Origin: Limisphaerales bacterium
Lineage (GTDB): Bacteria; Verrucomicrobiota; Verrucomicrobiia; Limisphaerales; SIBE01
Direction: 5' to 3'
DNA: 64,000 nt
Assembly (NCBI GenBank): GCA_044225505.1
Contig: JBGAIN010000028.1
Coordinates: 1 to 64,000, forward strand
Below the pieces are notes generated by a model, which saw only the letters and a list, made by a program, of their open reading frames with translations, was not told the DNA's origin and did no database searches. Shown piece by piece: positions 28,869-39,439 of this stretch. Position 1 is the first letter of the stretch. Each line of letters opens with the position of its first letter. Made by a program: the position numbers and the translations under genes.

Positions 28869-30335
28869 ATGGACAAGCTTCTTCTCATTGATGACGAACC
28901 TGATGTGCAGTATTCGTTCCGTCGAATACTGGATCCGGCACTGATTGAATTGACGACTGCTTCCAGTGGCGAGGAGGGGCTAAAGCTCTTACCCAAAGTG
29001 AAACCGGACCTTGTCATCATGGACGTCCGCATGGGGGGGATGAGTGGTTTAGAGACTTTACGCCAACTGCGCGAGACCGATGCCAAGGTCCCGGTGATTA
29101 TGATGACGGCCTACGGCACGACCCAGACAGCGATCGAAGCCATGAAACTGGGGGCCTACGACTATCTTCTTAAACCGTTCGATGTCCCAAAGCTTCGGCA
29201 GATCATTGCGAACGCCTTGAACGCGGCTCGAGCTATGAAGCAGGTGGTGTCGTATCAGCCGCTTTTAGAGTCCGAAGACTACGATGTAGGCATTGTTGGC
29301 CGAAGCAATGCGATGCAGAACGTATTCAAACTGATCGGGCAACTTGCGACTTCGGATGCGACCGCTCTCATCACTGGCGAAAGTGGCACGGGCAAGGAGT
29401 TGGTTGCTCGAGCTATCTACCATCACAGCAAGCGCAGTGAACATCGATTCCTGGCAATCAACTGCGCCGCTATCCCGGAAAACCTGCTGGAAGCTGAGCT
29501 GTTTGGTTATGAGAAAGGAGCCTTCACCGGGGCCACGGCGCAACGCATAGGCAAGTTCGAGCAATGCAACGGTGGGACCATTTTCTTGGATGAAATCGGA
29601 GATATGAGTCTGGCGACGCAAACGAAAATACTGCGAGTCTTGCAGGATGGCACCTTCGAGCGGGTGGGAGGGAATCAGGTAGTTCGAGTCGACGTTCGCG
29701 TCATCGCTGCGACGAACAAAGCTCTAGAAAAAGCCGTAGCCGCGCGAGAGTTTCGTGAAGACCTCTTCTATCGCCTCAATGTTGTCCGGATCCAGATACC
29801 CCCCCTGCGCGAACGGAGGGAGGATATCTCGCTGCTTGTGAACTATTTTCTCAAGAAGATGTCACAAAGCCAAGGGCAAGCGCCAAAGTCCATCGCGGCA
29901 GAGGCTGTCACCGCTTTGGAAAAGCATCATTGGCCCGGAAACGTCCGCGAACTGGAGAACGCCATTCGCCATGCCCTGGTTATGGCTAAGGGTGGAACGA
30001 TCCTGTTTCAGGATTTGCCTCCGGAACTGACATCGGTTGCTGGCGTGCAATCCCCAAGTCAACCTGTCGTTGAAGAACGGTCGGCAGAAGCACTTCACCC
30101 CGGCTCCCAGGAAGAACCCGATGTCGCCGCTCTCGCGCGCTCGCTGTTTCGGTGGGCAAAGCGGAACGATCAGCTCAAAATCATTCCTGCGGTGGAACGT
30201 GAACTGGTGATCAACGCCCTGGCTGAGACCAACGGAAATCAAGTTCAAGCTGCCAAGCTCCTAGGCATCACTCGCGCCACTCTTCGCAAGCGTGTGGCCA
30301 AGTTCAACATCAAACAGGAGTTGTCGGTCAGGTAA
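28869..30335 (+). CDS. Sigma54-dependent response regulator (NtrC family, REC-AAA+-Fis HTH)
   Basis: DVRMGG receiver, GESGTGKE, GAFTGA, FLDEIG, FREDLFYRL, WPGNVRELEN, GNQVQAAKLLGITRATL. Confidence 0.96.
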   Translation: MDKLLLIDDEPDVQYSFRRILDPALIELTTASSGEEGLKLLPKVKPDLVIMDVRMGGMSGLETLRQLRETDAKVPVIMMTAYGTTQTAIEAMKLGAYDYLLKPFDVPKLRQIIANALNAARAMKQVVSYQPLLESEDYDVGIVGRSNAMQNVFKLIGQLATSDATALITGESGTGKELVARAIYHHSKRSEHRFLAINCAAIPENLLEAELFGYEKGAFTGATAQRIGKFEQCNGGTIFLDEIGDMSLATQTKILRVLQDGTFERVGGNQVVRVDVRVIAATNKALEKAVAAREFREDLFYRLNVVRIQIPPLRERREDISLLVNYFLKKMSQSQGQAPKSIAAEAVTALEKHHWPGNVRELENAIRHALVMAKGGTILFQDLPPELTSVAGVQSPSQPVVEERSAEALHPGSQEEPDVAALARSLFRWAKRNDQLKIIPAVERELVINALAETNGNQVQAAKLLGITRATLRKRVAKFNIKQELSVR

Positions 30336-30379
30336 ATCGCGGCGCGTAGTCCTTCTTCCTCGTTCGGGTGTCCGTTAAC

Positions 30380-30817
30380 TCATCCCAGCGGCTTGGTAGA
30401 CTTGCTGCGCTGTTTTTTGGAATCCAGAAACTGGCGCAGCGCCCCGGGATGCGCTTCAAAAAAATCTGCCAAATCCGAGAACATCTCCACCGTTTCAGCA
30501 CTGAGATGATGTTCGATGCCTTCGATATCCTGCTGCTGGATTTCGGCATTAATGCCGAAAAGGGAGAAGAACCTCGACAGCGTCGCATGCCGCCGCTGAA
30601 TACTGCACGCCACAGCTCGCCCTTTATCGGTGAGAATCAACCCGCGATACTTTTCGTAGTTGAGATACCCCATTTCACCAAGCTTTTGCACCATTCCGGT
30701 CACTGAGGCTTGCTTCACCTGAAGTGAAGAGGCGATATCGACAACTCGTGCATAGCCCTTCTCTTCGATCAAGGCATGAATACGCTCGAGATAGTCTTCC
30801 GCACTTTGGCTTGGCAT
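30380..30817 (-). CDS. mntR: Manganese-dependent transcriptional regulator (DtxR/MntR family)
   Basis: SAEDYLERIH.LIEEKGYARVVDIA, YEKYRGLILT, DIEGIEHHLS. Confidence 0.9.
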   Translation of the reverse strand: MPSQSAEDYLERIHALIEEKGYARVVDIASSLQVKQASVTGMVQKLGEMGYLNYEKYRGLILTDKGRAVACSIQRRHATLSRFFSLFGINAEIQQQDIEGIEHHLSAETVEMFSDLADFFEAHPGALRQFLDSKKQRSKSTKPLG

Positions 30818-31041
30818 AGCGATCGACGGCAATTAACCAAAGCCTCGCCGATGTAGCAAGTCTCGCCCACCACCGCCTTTGGTCCGCGGCGGCGGATTTG
30901 CCCATCTGTTGACGCTGGTGCGAATCGCAGCCGTCGAATCGGATCACGGTTTCCATTGCTCGACGCACCGTCGCCAACATTTCAGAATCAGCACTAGACG
31001 TGTGAATCCGATCTGCTATAACGAAAGTGTCTAATAAGGCA

Positions 31042-31251
31042 ATGGAGATCGACATCAGAGCGAATGCTGATGCATTAAAGTCACTGGGGATTTCCGAGCC
31101 AGACTTCGACGCCGCTCTGGAAACAGCGTTGGATCTTTTGGCCGCTATCCCGCCCGCTGACCTTCCTGCGCCGGACAACATTCCAATCTGGGTGCGTGGT
31201 AGAAAACACCATCTAGGGGATTTGGCCAGGATCGAAGTAATGCTCAGCTAG
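31042..31251 (+). CDS. Small hypothetical protein
   Basis: 69-aa ORF with protein-like composition; upstream TAGACG-N16-TATAAC and AAGG. Confidence 0.6.
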   Translation: MEIDIRANADALKSLGISEPDFDAALETALDLLAAIPPADLPAPDNIPIWVRGRKHHLGDLARIEVMLS

Positions 31252-31703
31252 GAAGTCGGGTGATATCCTCAAATCTTGCGGAATAAATTTTCGTGAGCAC
31301 GGTGAGTTTTGCGCCATCTTTCTAGCGAGCGTCGGCAGAAAATGACGAAGGCGACCGTCACCCCCGTGCAGTCGCCTTCGCTTCACCCCACTATCCTCGT
31401 TCAATACGCAGATACATTGCACCCAGCTTCAAGGATCCGCTAGGCGGGCATCAGACTGATTCGCAGATCGTGGTTCCCTGGGCCTGCAATCAGGGGATTT
31501 CTGTAGCCGCGCGATTTCACTGCAAGGGCCTTCCGTGTTGATCGCAAGGAAACGAGGTTATGGCGGAAGAGAGTTTTCAATTGCCTTGTTGCCGATCCAA
31601 CTCACGATGGGACTCGCCGCATTGGCGGCCGCGGTTTAAAATTCAAAAGCGTGCGAACCAGTCCTCGAGGCGGTTCTCCATTCAACCGCGCTCGGAGAGC
31701 CCG

Positions 31704-33644
31704 TCATTTCGACTTTAAATCTTCCAGGCTTTCCAGGATAGCCTGCTGGACGTCCGGACGAAAAAGGTTGCCCAAGTGCCCGCCACGTTCAAAGACCGTG
31801 AGCCGCTCCGATCCGAAGGTCGATTGCAGCCAAGCAAGGTCCGAGTCTGCCAGAAGGAAATCGTTTCGGTTTACAAAGACTCGAATTGCCCGATTGGCCT
31901 TCAGACCGGCTTCGTAGGTCCTCAAGTCGCCGGCCATGGCTAAGTTCATGGGTTTTTGCATATCTAAGCCATGCTGTTGATAGTAAGGGATCGCAAAGCG
32001 GTCGAAATAATCCTGATATCCGTATTGCAGGATTTCGCGATAAACCGGTTCCCGTCGCCATGGGTTCAAACTATTTCGCAATATTCCGAGATTGGACCGC
32101 TGTTGCGTACTGTAAATGACATCACGCAAAATCAGGCGGAATGCGACACCAATCAGGAACTTCGATTCCACCGCGCTGAACGGCAGCCCAGCTTGAGGTG
32201 TAATAGAGTTCCCAGTGAGTGCGGCCACCTTGTAAAATGTGTTTTCAATCTGTTGTTGTCGCGTCGGCGCAGGCCAAGCCAGGGGGGCGTCAAAGAACTG
32301 GTCCAGTTTGTCCGTCCCGTAAAGCAAGCGAACCGGCGTATTGATCGCGATAATCCGGTCAAACTGGATCATTGGCATTCCCTCTCCGGTAGCTCCTCCC
32401 GCGACGAACAAGGACTGAAATCCACCCATCGAATAACCGAGGAGCGCTCTCGCGCCGATCCTGCCCGGTGCGACATGCTCGAGTTGATGATCGATTTCTG
32501 TCAGGGCCAAGCGCATATCGGCGGCGTCGATTGGTGTGTACCCTGGCAAATCAGCGGTCGCCGCATTCTCCATAAACTCATAGTTGAACGGGCTGCTGAT
32601 GCAAACGGAGGAGAAGCCGTTTTGAAAAGCGAGTTCCGCCAAAGCCAAAGCGGCGCTGGCCAAACGATGAGACCCTAGTCCTGGAACAATGTAGACAACA
32701 GGCGCCCGCTTCGGTTGCAGCCAGACGCTATACTGGAGCCTCTTCCCAGTGGTCGGAATCAATACTGACCGCACCCTGCCCCGCTCGGGAAACTCCTTAT
32801 CTTTGAACGTGAAGAATACAGTTCGCAGCGTTTCCAGTGACGCTTCATCACGAGGGGCATCCATGCTGACATTCAGCACCCGGCCTTCGCGCACAAAGGT
32901 CCAGGCATAGGCCAATTCGGAATACGGATCCTTTTCGGTTCGGCTAAAACGAACATAATCCTCAACCTGATCGCTGAGGTTATTGTAGGTCACGGCGTAA
33001 GAGGCGTAACTGTAAGGCCCCAAATACGTCCAAGGCCTGCTTGCGACGAAGCGATAAGGCGACCAGTAGGTCAGTGGATTCGCTGCCGTATCGGCCGCCA
33101 GCCCCACCGTGTCACGCTCGTTACTCGGGCCGAAAAGAGGTAACATCACAAAACACTGCGGCTTCCAACCCCACTGTCCAAACGTTTGCCCGAAGTCCGC
33201 ATCCGCTTTGGGAACATCAAACCGGCTCGCGACATCAAAAAATCCGCCTAATCCCAAAACCGTGTTACAGCCAAATCGGTAGGATTCGTCTCGGGCACCT
33301 GTCCATTTCGCCTGCAACAGGTTATTAATTAGCCTTCCAGGATACGTAATGTTCCGCCCGAAATTCCGGACGCCTCTCCGTAGCGGTGGCGGGACGATCA
33401 CCCGGTAGACTTTAGCCGACGGCTTAATCACGCCGGTCATGACTCCTTTGTTCAACGCCCACATCGCCCTGTTGAATGGTTCCAGCGGGTCTGGAATAGG
33501 CTCTGGAAGCACAACTTCTTCGCGCGGACGGTCGTTCCCTTTCGACTCGGGTGTTGCCGGAGATTGAGCTAGGATCGGAAAAACCCCCGCCAGTGCCCAT
33601 ATCGTTGTCGCTGCAAAAACCCTGTCCCTAAGTCGAGATGTCAC
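31704..33644 (-). CDS. MlaA/VacJ domain fused to an alpha/beta-hydrolase (lipase-like) domain
   Basis: N-half DPLEPFNRAMWALN, NTVLGLGGFFDVA, DFGQTFGQWG, LPLFGPSNERD; C-half PGLGS, GYSMGG, NRNDFL, GGHLG. Confidence 0.92.
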   Translation of the reverse strand: MTSRLRDRVFAATTIWALAGVFPILAQSPATPESKGNDRPREEVVLPEPIPDPLEPFNRAMWALNKGVMTGVIKPSAKVYRVIVPPPLRRGVRNFGRNITYPGRLINNLLQAKWTGARDESYRFGCNTVLGLGGFFDVASRFDVPKADADFGQTFGQWGWKPQCFVMLPLFGPSNERDTVGLAADTAANPLTYWSPYRFVASRPWTYLGPYSYASYAVTYNNLSDQVEDYVRFSRTEKDPYSELAYAWTFVREGRVLNVSMDAPRDEASLETLRTVFFTFKDKEFPERGRVRSVLIPTTGKRLQYSVWLQPKRAPVVYIVPGLGSHRLASAALALAELAFQNGFSSVCISSPFNYEFMENAATADLPGYTPIDAADMRLALTEIDHQLEHVAPGRIGARALLGYSMGGFQSLFVAGGATGEGMPMIQFDRIIAINTPVRLLYGTDKLDQFFDAPLAWPAPTRQQQIENTFYKVAALTGNSITPQAGLPFSAVESKFLIGVAFRLILRDVIYSTQQRSNLGILRNSLNPWRREPVYREILQYGYQDYFDRFAIPYYQQHGLDMQKPMNLAMAGDLRTYEAGLKANRAIRVFVNRNDFLLADSDLAWLQSTFGSERLTVFERGGHLGNLFRPDVQQAILESLEDLKSK

Positions 33645-34114
33645 TCAGTCCCTTTCTTGAAATTTCTCTCCACATGCCTTTTCAGCGCGACTCACCCTAA
33701 CGGCTAACCATGGAATTGTCTCGCCTGATTCCTGGGAAACCGAGGTGCCCACCACCACGTCAAGGCAAAATGTGAATCCTGCGAGCGAGAAAAACGATGA
33801 TAAAGCCGGGCGCCCATCGGACGACATTCCGACTCACATGAAATGTCTCACATCTCGTTGACAAATTGTTGACGGAGTGTGCAACATTTTGCCCGGAATC
33901 CGATCGACCTGTCCCCCTGCCCCTCTCGCCGGCGTCGAGGGAAACACGCCGCCAGCGCGCTTGATTCTAAGTCGCGGTCTGCCAAGGCTTCGGATGGCTC
34001 GGCACGTTCCTGGAATTGACGATCTCCTGCCGCCACGTTAAGACAAGGCAAGATAAGGGCTTCAGGGCCCGTGTAGCATGCTATCACCCCTAACTCTCAT
34101 TCGAAACAATCGTT

Positions 34115-35462
34115 GTGCCAGCGCCCGCTAAACCGCAACGCTGGTACAATGTCCTTTACGTGCAGGTTCTGATTGCCGTGTGCATCGGAATTGTTCTCGG
34201 GCACTTCAGCCCAGGAGTCGGGAAATCCTTAAAGCCATTCGGCGACGGGTTCGTCAAGCTCGTGAAGATGATCATCGCGCCGATCATCTTCTGTACCGTC
34301 GTCCATGGGATCGCCTCCATGGGCGACTTAAGAAAGCTGGGACGCATCGGTCTGAAGACCTTGGTCTATTTCGAGGTAGTTTCTACCATCGCACTCGCGC
34401 TGGGACTTGCCGTCGTTAATCTTTGGCGACCGGGCGCTGGACTCCACATCGACCCGGGCACCCTAGACCCCAAAATCGCGGCTGGTTACGTGGAGAAAAG
34501 CCATGCTCAAACGACCGTAGATTTTCGCTAACATTATTCCGAAAATCCTATTTCGATGCCTTTGCCACCGGCGACATCCCGATTTTGCCCGTTTCACCCT
34601 GACCCTGCTTTTGCCATCTCGGGCCTTAGGAGAGCGGGCAAAGCCTGTCCTGGAAGTGATTCGGTATGGGGAACGGATCTTTTTCGGGATTCTACGACTT
34701 GTCGTGAGAGCGGCTCCGTTGGCTGCCCCAGGCGCCATGAGCTTCTGCCCACTTCAGCGTTTGGATCACTCCGCCAGCTGCTGATGTTGACGGTTCGCTT
34801 TGGCTGCCACCGCAGTGCTTTTCGTCCTCGTTGTTTTGGGGCTGATCGCCCGTGCTTGCGGATTCTCAATCCTCCGCTTTTGGAATTACATAAAAGAGGA
34901 AATACTCCTCGTCCTCGGAACAAGTTCATCCGAAACTGCTCTTCCAGGTCTAATGGAGAAGATGCGGAAGTTAGGCTGCACCGAAACGACCGTCAGTTTC
35001 GTCGTTCCGACCGGGTACAGCTTTAATCTCGATGGCACAAATATTTATATCGCTATGGCGGCGATATTTCTCGCACAGGCAACAGATACTCACCTCTCAT
35101 TTGGTCAACAATTGACCCTCCTGATTGTCGCCATGCTCTCGTCGAAAGGAGCGAGCGGAGTAACAGGTGCCGGATTTATTACCCTGGCAGCGACTCTCGC
35201 CGCGGTACCCTCGGTTCCCGTTCAGTCGCTGGCCCTTTTGGTCGGGATTGATCGCTTCATGAGCGAGTGCCGAGCCATCACCAACTTGATTGGGAATGGC
35301 GCTGCCTGCGTGGTGATCAGCCGTTGGGAACAGGAACTCGACAGTGCCGCTTTGAACCGAGCCCTCGGTCCGTTTGATGACACCCGGCCAGCACCGCAGG
35401 AGACACCGTTAGCTTCCTCCCGCTCGGCCGATCCACCCGCGGCCAAGCGGAATACTGTCTGA
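34115..35462 (+). pseudogene. dctA: C4-dicarboxylate/amino acid:cation symporter DctA, broken by clustered indels at about 34525-34805
   Basis: LYVQVLIAV, KPFGDGFVKLVKMIIAPIIFCTVV (5' part); [56 protein letters not shown] (3' part). Confidence 0.9.
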
Positions 35463-35751
35463 GCCTCTTTGGCCAGGGACCCTTCCACGAGGCGACCTCC
35501 CTGGTCCAGGATGAAGCCCGGCACAAACGGCACGCTGACGCTCCGTTTCTGCGCGTGCTGAGCGGGCCGCGGACACTGCTTCGGCAAGGATTATTCGGCA
35601 CCCGCCCGCGAAAGCAGGGCGCGGTCTGTTATTGCCTGGGCACCTCTGGGAGTTGCCAATCTCACATTCTGGCAGGATAGTATTCCGGTTCTTCTGAAAT
35701 CTGAGGGTCTGGCGGGAGACTCAGCAGAAAGTCACGAGCAGGAGGTTACGC

Positions 35752-36831
35752 ATGTCCAAGCTAAAGCACCCAACCTGGCGTCAGTTCGCCATGTTCAACT
35801 ACGGAATTCTAGCGTCCCTACTAGCGAGTTGCGCGTCCAAGCCACATCCGCCCGTAATTGTTCCTTATCGTGGGCCCCACCAGGAAACGTCCACCTGGGC
35901 AAATCAGAGCATTGGTAATTTACGCACGGACCCTCTCCGACCACGGAACCCAGCGATGGCGAGCGACGCTGACGTTCCTGGGATCTCGAGCCCGGCCGAT
36001 GGATCCACTGCTGAACCCTGGACAAATTGGCCCCGCCATGGCGGGCCAACCAGCGGGAAAGCCTCGCGTTCGTCGAAGCCAGCGGAAGATGAATCAGCCG
36101 ACCAGGCCGGTCCAAGCCTTTGGGATCGGCTGAAAGAACTGGTCGCCAGCAAGGGGACCTATCCTACCCCTCGCCCAGGAACACCGACAGCCGGCGTGAA
36201 AACTGGCAACGTCCCTGCAGAAGAGCGAACGAAGCGCGCCGACACTAAGCCTGGCCGAGAACGACCGGCGTCGTCCAGACTGGAGAGCCCCCCGGTCTTT
36301 CGCGCAGCGTTGCCGCGCAATACCCGTCAAATGACGAACGCCGCTCGGCCTTCGTCCGCTCCCCCCGAAGTGTCCGGGGCGCCAGTCTCTTTGAGTGCGC
36401 CGCGGTCAGAGACAACACCGGGACGTCCTGCAGAACCCGATGCTGCGGGCGCTCCGCCTTCTTTTCAAACCCACCGAGCTGGCACCTCCGTTGATAACCA
36501 TACACTGACGAGTCTCGCGGACCTCGCCGCAACAACCAATCTTATCACCGCCGTTGGACGAGTCGTTCGCCTGACGGCCGTCCCGATCCATGAGGTTTTC
36601 GGAGACCAGTTCTTTTCCGTCCGCACCGCCGAAGGAACTGAACTCTTTGTCTGGACCGTAGCCTCCCTGCGGGATTTTCGCCCTGGAGACGGGGTCGACC
36701 TTCTCGGACGACTGAAAGGCGTTCCCGAAGGGGTGGATCAACTCGGCTTGGATACAAATCTCGCCGCGGCCCTCCAGGCGCAGCCGGTATATATCTTCGC
36801 ACCTGAAGTCAAGAAGTCGGGAACTCCTTGA
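35752..36831 (+). CDS. Hypothetical lipoprotein with Pro/Ser/Thr-rich linker and small C-terminal beta domain
   Basis: AGGAGG RBS; lipobox LLASC; C-terminal OB-fold-like segment GRVVRLTAVPIHEVFGDQFF...GDGVDLLGRL. Confidence 0.75.
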   Translation: MSKLKHPTWRQFAMFNYGILASLLASCASKPHPPVIVPYRGPHQETSTWANQSIGNLRTDPLRPRNPAMASDADVPGISSPADGSTAEPWTNWPRHGGPTSGKASRSSKPAEDESADQAGPSLWDRLKELVASKGTYPTPRPGTPTAGVKTGNVPAEERTKRADTKPGRERPASSRLESPPVFRAALPRNTRQMTNAARPSSAPPEVSGAPVSLSAPRSETTPGRPAEPDAAGAPPSFQTHRAGTSVDNHTLTSLADLAATTNLITAVGRVVRLTAVPIHEVFGDQFFSVRTAEGTELFVWTVASLRDFRPGDGVDLLGRLKGVPEGVDQLGLDTNLAAALQAQPVYIFAPEVKKSGTP

Positions 36832-36981
36832 GGCGAGGAGGTCGGTTGGCGACCGGAAAGGAAAGAAGAAGTGCGGCCCTGCACGATTCCAGCGTCACTC
36901 ACGTTCTCGAAGAAGAGACTAACGAACAGGCCTGACCGGGTGTCAAAACCGTGCTCACAGCGGCGGTTTGGCGTTGAACCA

Positions 36982-37842
36982 TCAGGGCCGTAGAAATGAC
37001 AGGATCGTTCGCCATTTAGCCGCGTTGTCTCCCGGCGTTTCACTAGTTGGATTTGCGCCCGTGCCTCCCCACAAGGTCGTGTCAAACGCCGCTGGCGTCC
37101 GGCAAAAGTTCGCATGCCCATCGCCCCAAAGCACATTGAGCCCCCACGGCGTCTTGCCGGTGGTATGCGCCAACGTTCCCCAGGTATAAATCAAATCCGT
37201 CACGACCGACCGCTGCGAGCTAAGCTCCGTTTGCTTCGCCGCCACTTGCACCCAGCCCAGCTTCGCCTCGTTTTCGCGCTTGGATAGTCTCTCGCTCTGA
37301 GGAAAGTAGGTGTAAGTCGTGTTGACTTGACCGTCGACGGAGTTCATGGGCCATGAAACCTTGGCACTCTCAAAGTATTTCTTCTCGAAAACCACGCGCA
37401 GGCCTTTCGGATGGCGCAAGCTTGGACAATAATAAACTTGAGGATCGCGCAAATAGTTTCCCGCGTAGAGCAGTCCTAAATTAACCGCTTTTTCGAGGGG
37501 CGGCCGTTGGTTCTGCCGGCCCGGGTCCCAAAATAGCAAATAACCCCGCCACGGATTCGAGCCTGGGATACGGTCCGGATCAAACTCGGGCGGCGGGAGC
37601 CGGTCTTGCTGGTCGTCGGCATACAGGAATAGACTGATGCTGATCTGCCGCAAGTTGTTCATGCAGCTCACCTGCTTGGCTTTCTCCTTTGCCCGCCCCA
37701 AAGTCGGCAAAAGCATTCCCGCGAGGATCGCGATAATGGCGATGACCACCAAAAGTTCGATCAGGGTAAATCCGGGCGTGGACCGATGGAACTGGGTGGA
37801 AGGATTGTTAGCCGTGTCACATCTGGCCGGGAAGCTTTTCAT
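36982..37842 (-). CDS. Prepilin-type N-terminal cleavage/methylation domain protein (DUF1559 / H-X9-DG-like)
   Basis: [23 protein letters not shown]...[15 protein letters not shown]...NVLWGDGH. Confidence 0.93.
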   Translation of the reverse strand: MKSFPARCDTANNPSTQFHRSTPGFTLIELLVVIAIIAILAGMLLPTLGRAKEKAKQVSCMNNLRQISISLFLYADDQQDRLPPPEFDPDRIPGSNPWRGYLLFWDPGRQNQRPPLEKAVNLGLLYAGNYLRDPQVYYCPSLRHPKGLRVVFEKKYFESAKVSWPMNSVDGQVNTTYTYFPQSERLSKRENEAKLGWVQVAAKQTELSSQRSVVTDLIYTWGTLAHTTGKTPWGLNVLWGDGHANFCRTPAAFDTTLWGGTGANPTSETPGDNAAKWRTILSFLRP

Positions 37843-37930
37843 GACTCATCGACCATAGAACTATCTAGCGCGCCCGCAAACAAATTTCGTTGAGAGACAC
37901 GTTCTCTTGGGGAAGCTGCGGCCGAATGCT

Positions 37931-38045
37931 CGGCGTTGGAGCGGATCAACCGGGGTGTTATCCCGGTGCAACGCCGGACCAAAGCCACTCACGAACCGGC
38001 CTTGCACCGGCATTGCAGCGGCCTTGCACCGGCCTTGGACCGAAT
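37931..38045. repeat. Two oppositely oriented arrays of degenerate 11-bp repeats
   Basis: 37991-38045 ACGAACCGGCC/TTGCACCGGCA/TTGCAGCGGCC/TTGCACCGGCC/TTGGACCGAAT; 37931-37980 has CGG at 11-bp phase including CGGTGCAA (reverse complement of TTGCACCG). Confidence 0.75.
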
Positions 38046-38197
38046 CTTCAGGCCCGCACATCGCCTCCTTGTCTCGCCATGGCTCCGCTCAAACAGTTGC
38101 GCTCAGCCATCGAATTTCATGAAAACTCGCACCTCGCTCCGTCTACCTGCCATTTCTGCCAGCGGTTCGTCCTGGACTGCGGGTCGTCTGGGCTCGC

Positions 38198-38785
38198 CTA
38201 TCCTCGGTTTCCTTTGCCAAGGTCCTTCGCGTCGGACGCCTCAGACAAAAACTCGTGCTCGTGCTCTCGAACAATCAAGACCGGGCAGGTCGCATACCGG
38301 ACGACTTTCTCCGCAGTACTTCCCAGCAGCGCGTGCGCAATCCCGGTGCGGCCGTGGGTGGCGAGCACAATGAGGTCACTTTGGCTTGCGCGTGCCGCTT
38401 CGTTAATCTCAATGCAGGGATCCCCTGTCCGAAGCAAGGTCGTAACGGGAGTATTGACGCTCAGCGTCTGACGCAACGTCTCCAGCTTGTTCCTCGCCTC
38501 CTCGATTGACTCGATATCGACTGGCGCCATCTGCGGAATGGGCGGGTACGGCGCAATGACATAAAGAAGAATCAACTCCGACTGGAACTGACGGGCGAAA
38601 CTTGCTGCGTAGGTCATCGCCTTGCGCGAACAGTCCGAAAAATCAACCGGAACGAGGATCTTTTGCAGGCGAAATTCCGGTTGGCTTTTCTCGGGATGCT
38701 GGGCCGGTGCTTCGGGCAACTGAGTTTCAGTGGGACTGAATTCGACAACCAATCCGCCCGATCGGTGAGTTTGTTTGAACTTCAT
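38198..38785 (-). CDS. Universal stress protein (UspA family)
   Basis: KILVPVDFSDCS, DLIVLATHGRTG..HALLGSTAEKVVRYATCPVLIVR. Confidence 0.95.
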   Translation of the reverse strand: MKFKQTHRSGGLVVEFSPTETQLPEAPAQHPEKSQPEFRLQKILVPVDFSDCSRKAMTYAASFARQFQSELILLYVIAPYPPIPQMAPVDIESIEEARNKLETLRQTLSVNTPVTTLLRTGDPCIEINEAARASQSDLIVLATHGRTGIAHALLGSTAEKVVRYATCPVLIVREHEHEFLSEASDAKDLGKGNRG

Positions 38786-39439
38786 AGTGACGTCCTCGGT
38801 TGAGTGTTAGGACCGATCTTGACCAAACCGCGGGCATTTCACTCCGAGCGCTTGCGGATGCCAGAATCAGCGACCTTCTGCGCAAGAATGCTCGCTGGTA
38901 TGGGCTTTAACGCAAGATACTTGATTAGGCAGCTATCTGCAAACGGACTGAGTCTGGAATCGTGCTAATGCATCGACCAGAAGGAACGCTCGCTTCATCT
39001 CAGCGAGGGCGGCGTTCACGCGGCTGGGTAGGCGTGAAATGGACCATAAAACATGGACCGAAACTGGACAGGTCGGAATCGACCTTCAAAACGACGTAAA
39101 GGGGTGGATCTGCACAACGTAGATTAAGCATGAACATTGTAAGTCATTGCTATCCTGCCTATATAAGTCCTATGGCTTATGGGCATGATTCCAATCAGTA
39201 TTGCCCATTATGCTTGGTACAAAAGATGTTCACACCGTTCGGATTAAGACACGGCCGGTGCGAAGGCCGATGTCGGACCGTCAACGATGCAGGACTTTCT
39301 CGTCGGCTCGGGTGACGGGGACGTTGCTTCTCAATCCGGGACGCTGCGACTCGGTCTTCGATCGAATCGCCAGTTTCCTCAGACTGCGACTCCGCTGATT
39401 TGTAGCCAGTGATGAGAAGCTCAGACATTTGGAATTGGC

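Noticed and set aside
25140..30835. Shared 13-mer TCGACGGCAATTA upstream of rpsU (25140) and mntR (30823)
   Set aside because: Matches of this length are expected by chance in 64 kb, and the orientation relative to the two genes differs
33645..33827. 60-aa ORF in frame with, and stopping directly before, the MlaA-lipase start (possible TGA readthrough)
   Set aside because: The downstream gene has its own signal-like N-terminus; no SECIS-like element or protein motif upstream; likely chance
39163..39190. Possible dif site or tRNA remnant
   Set aside because: ATAA/TTAT arms are 10 bp apart rather than 6, with no XerD-type arm or cloverleaf
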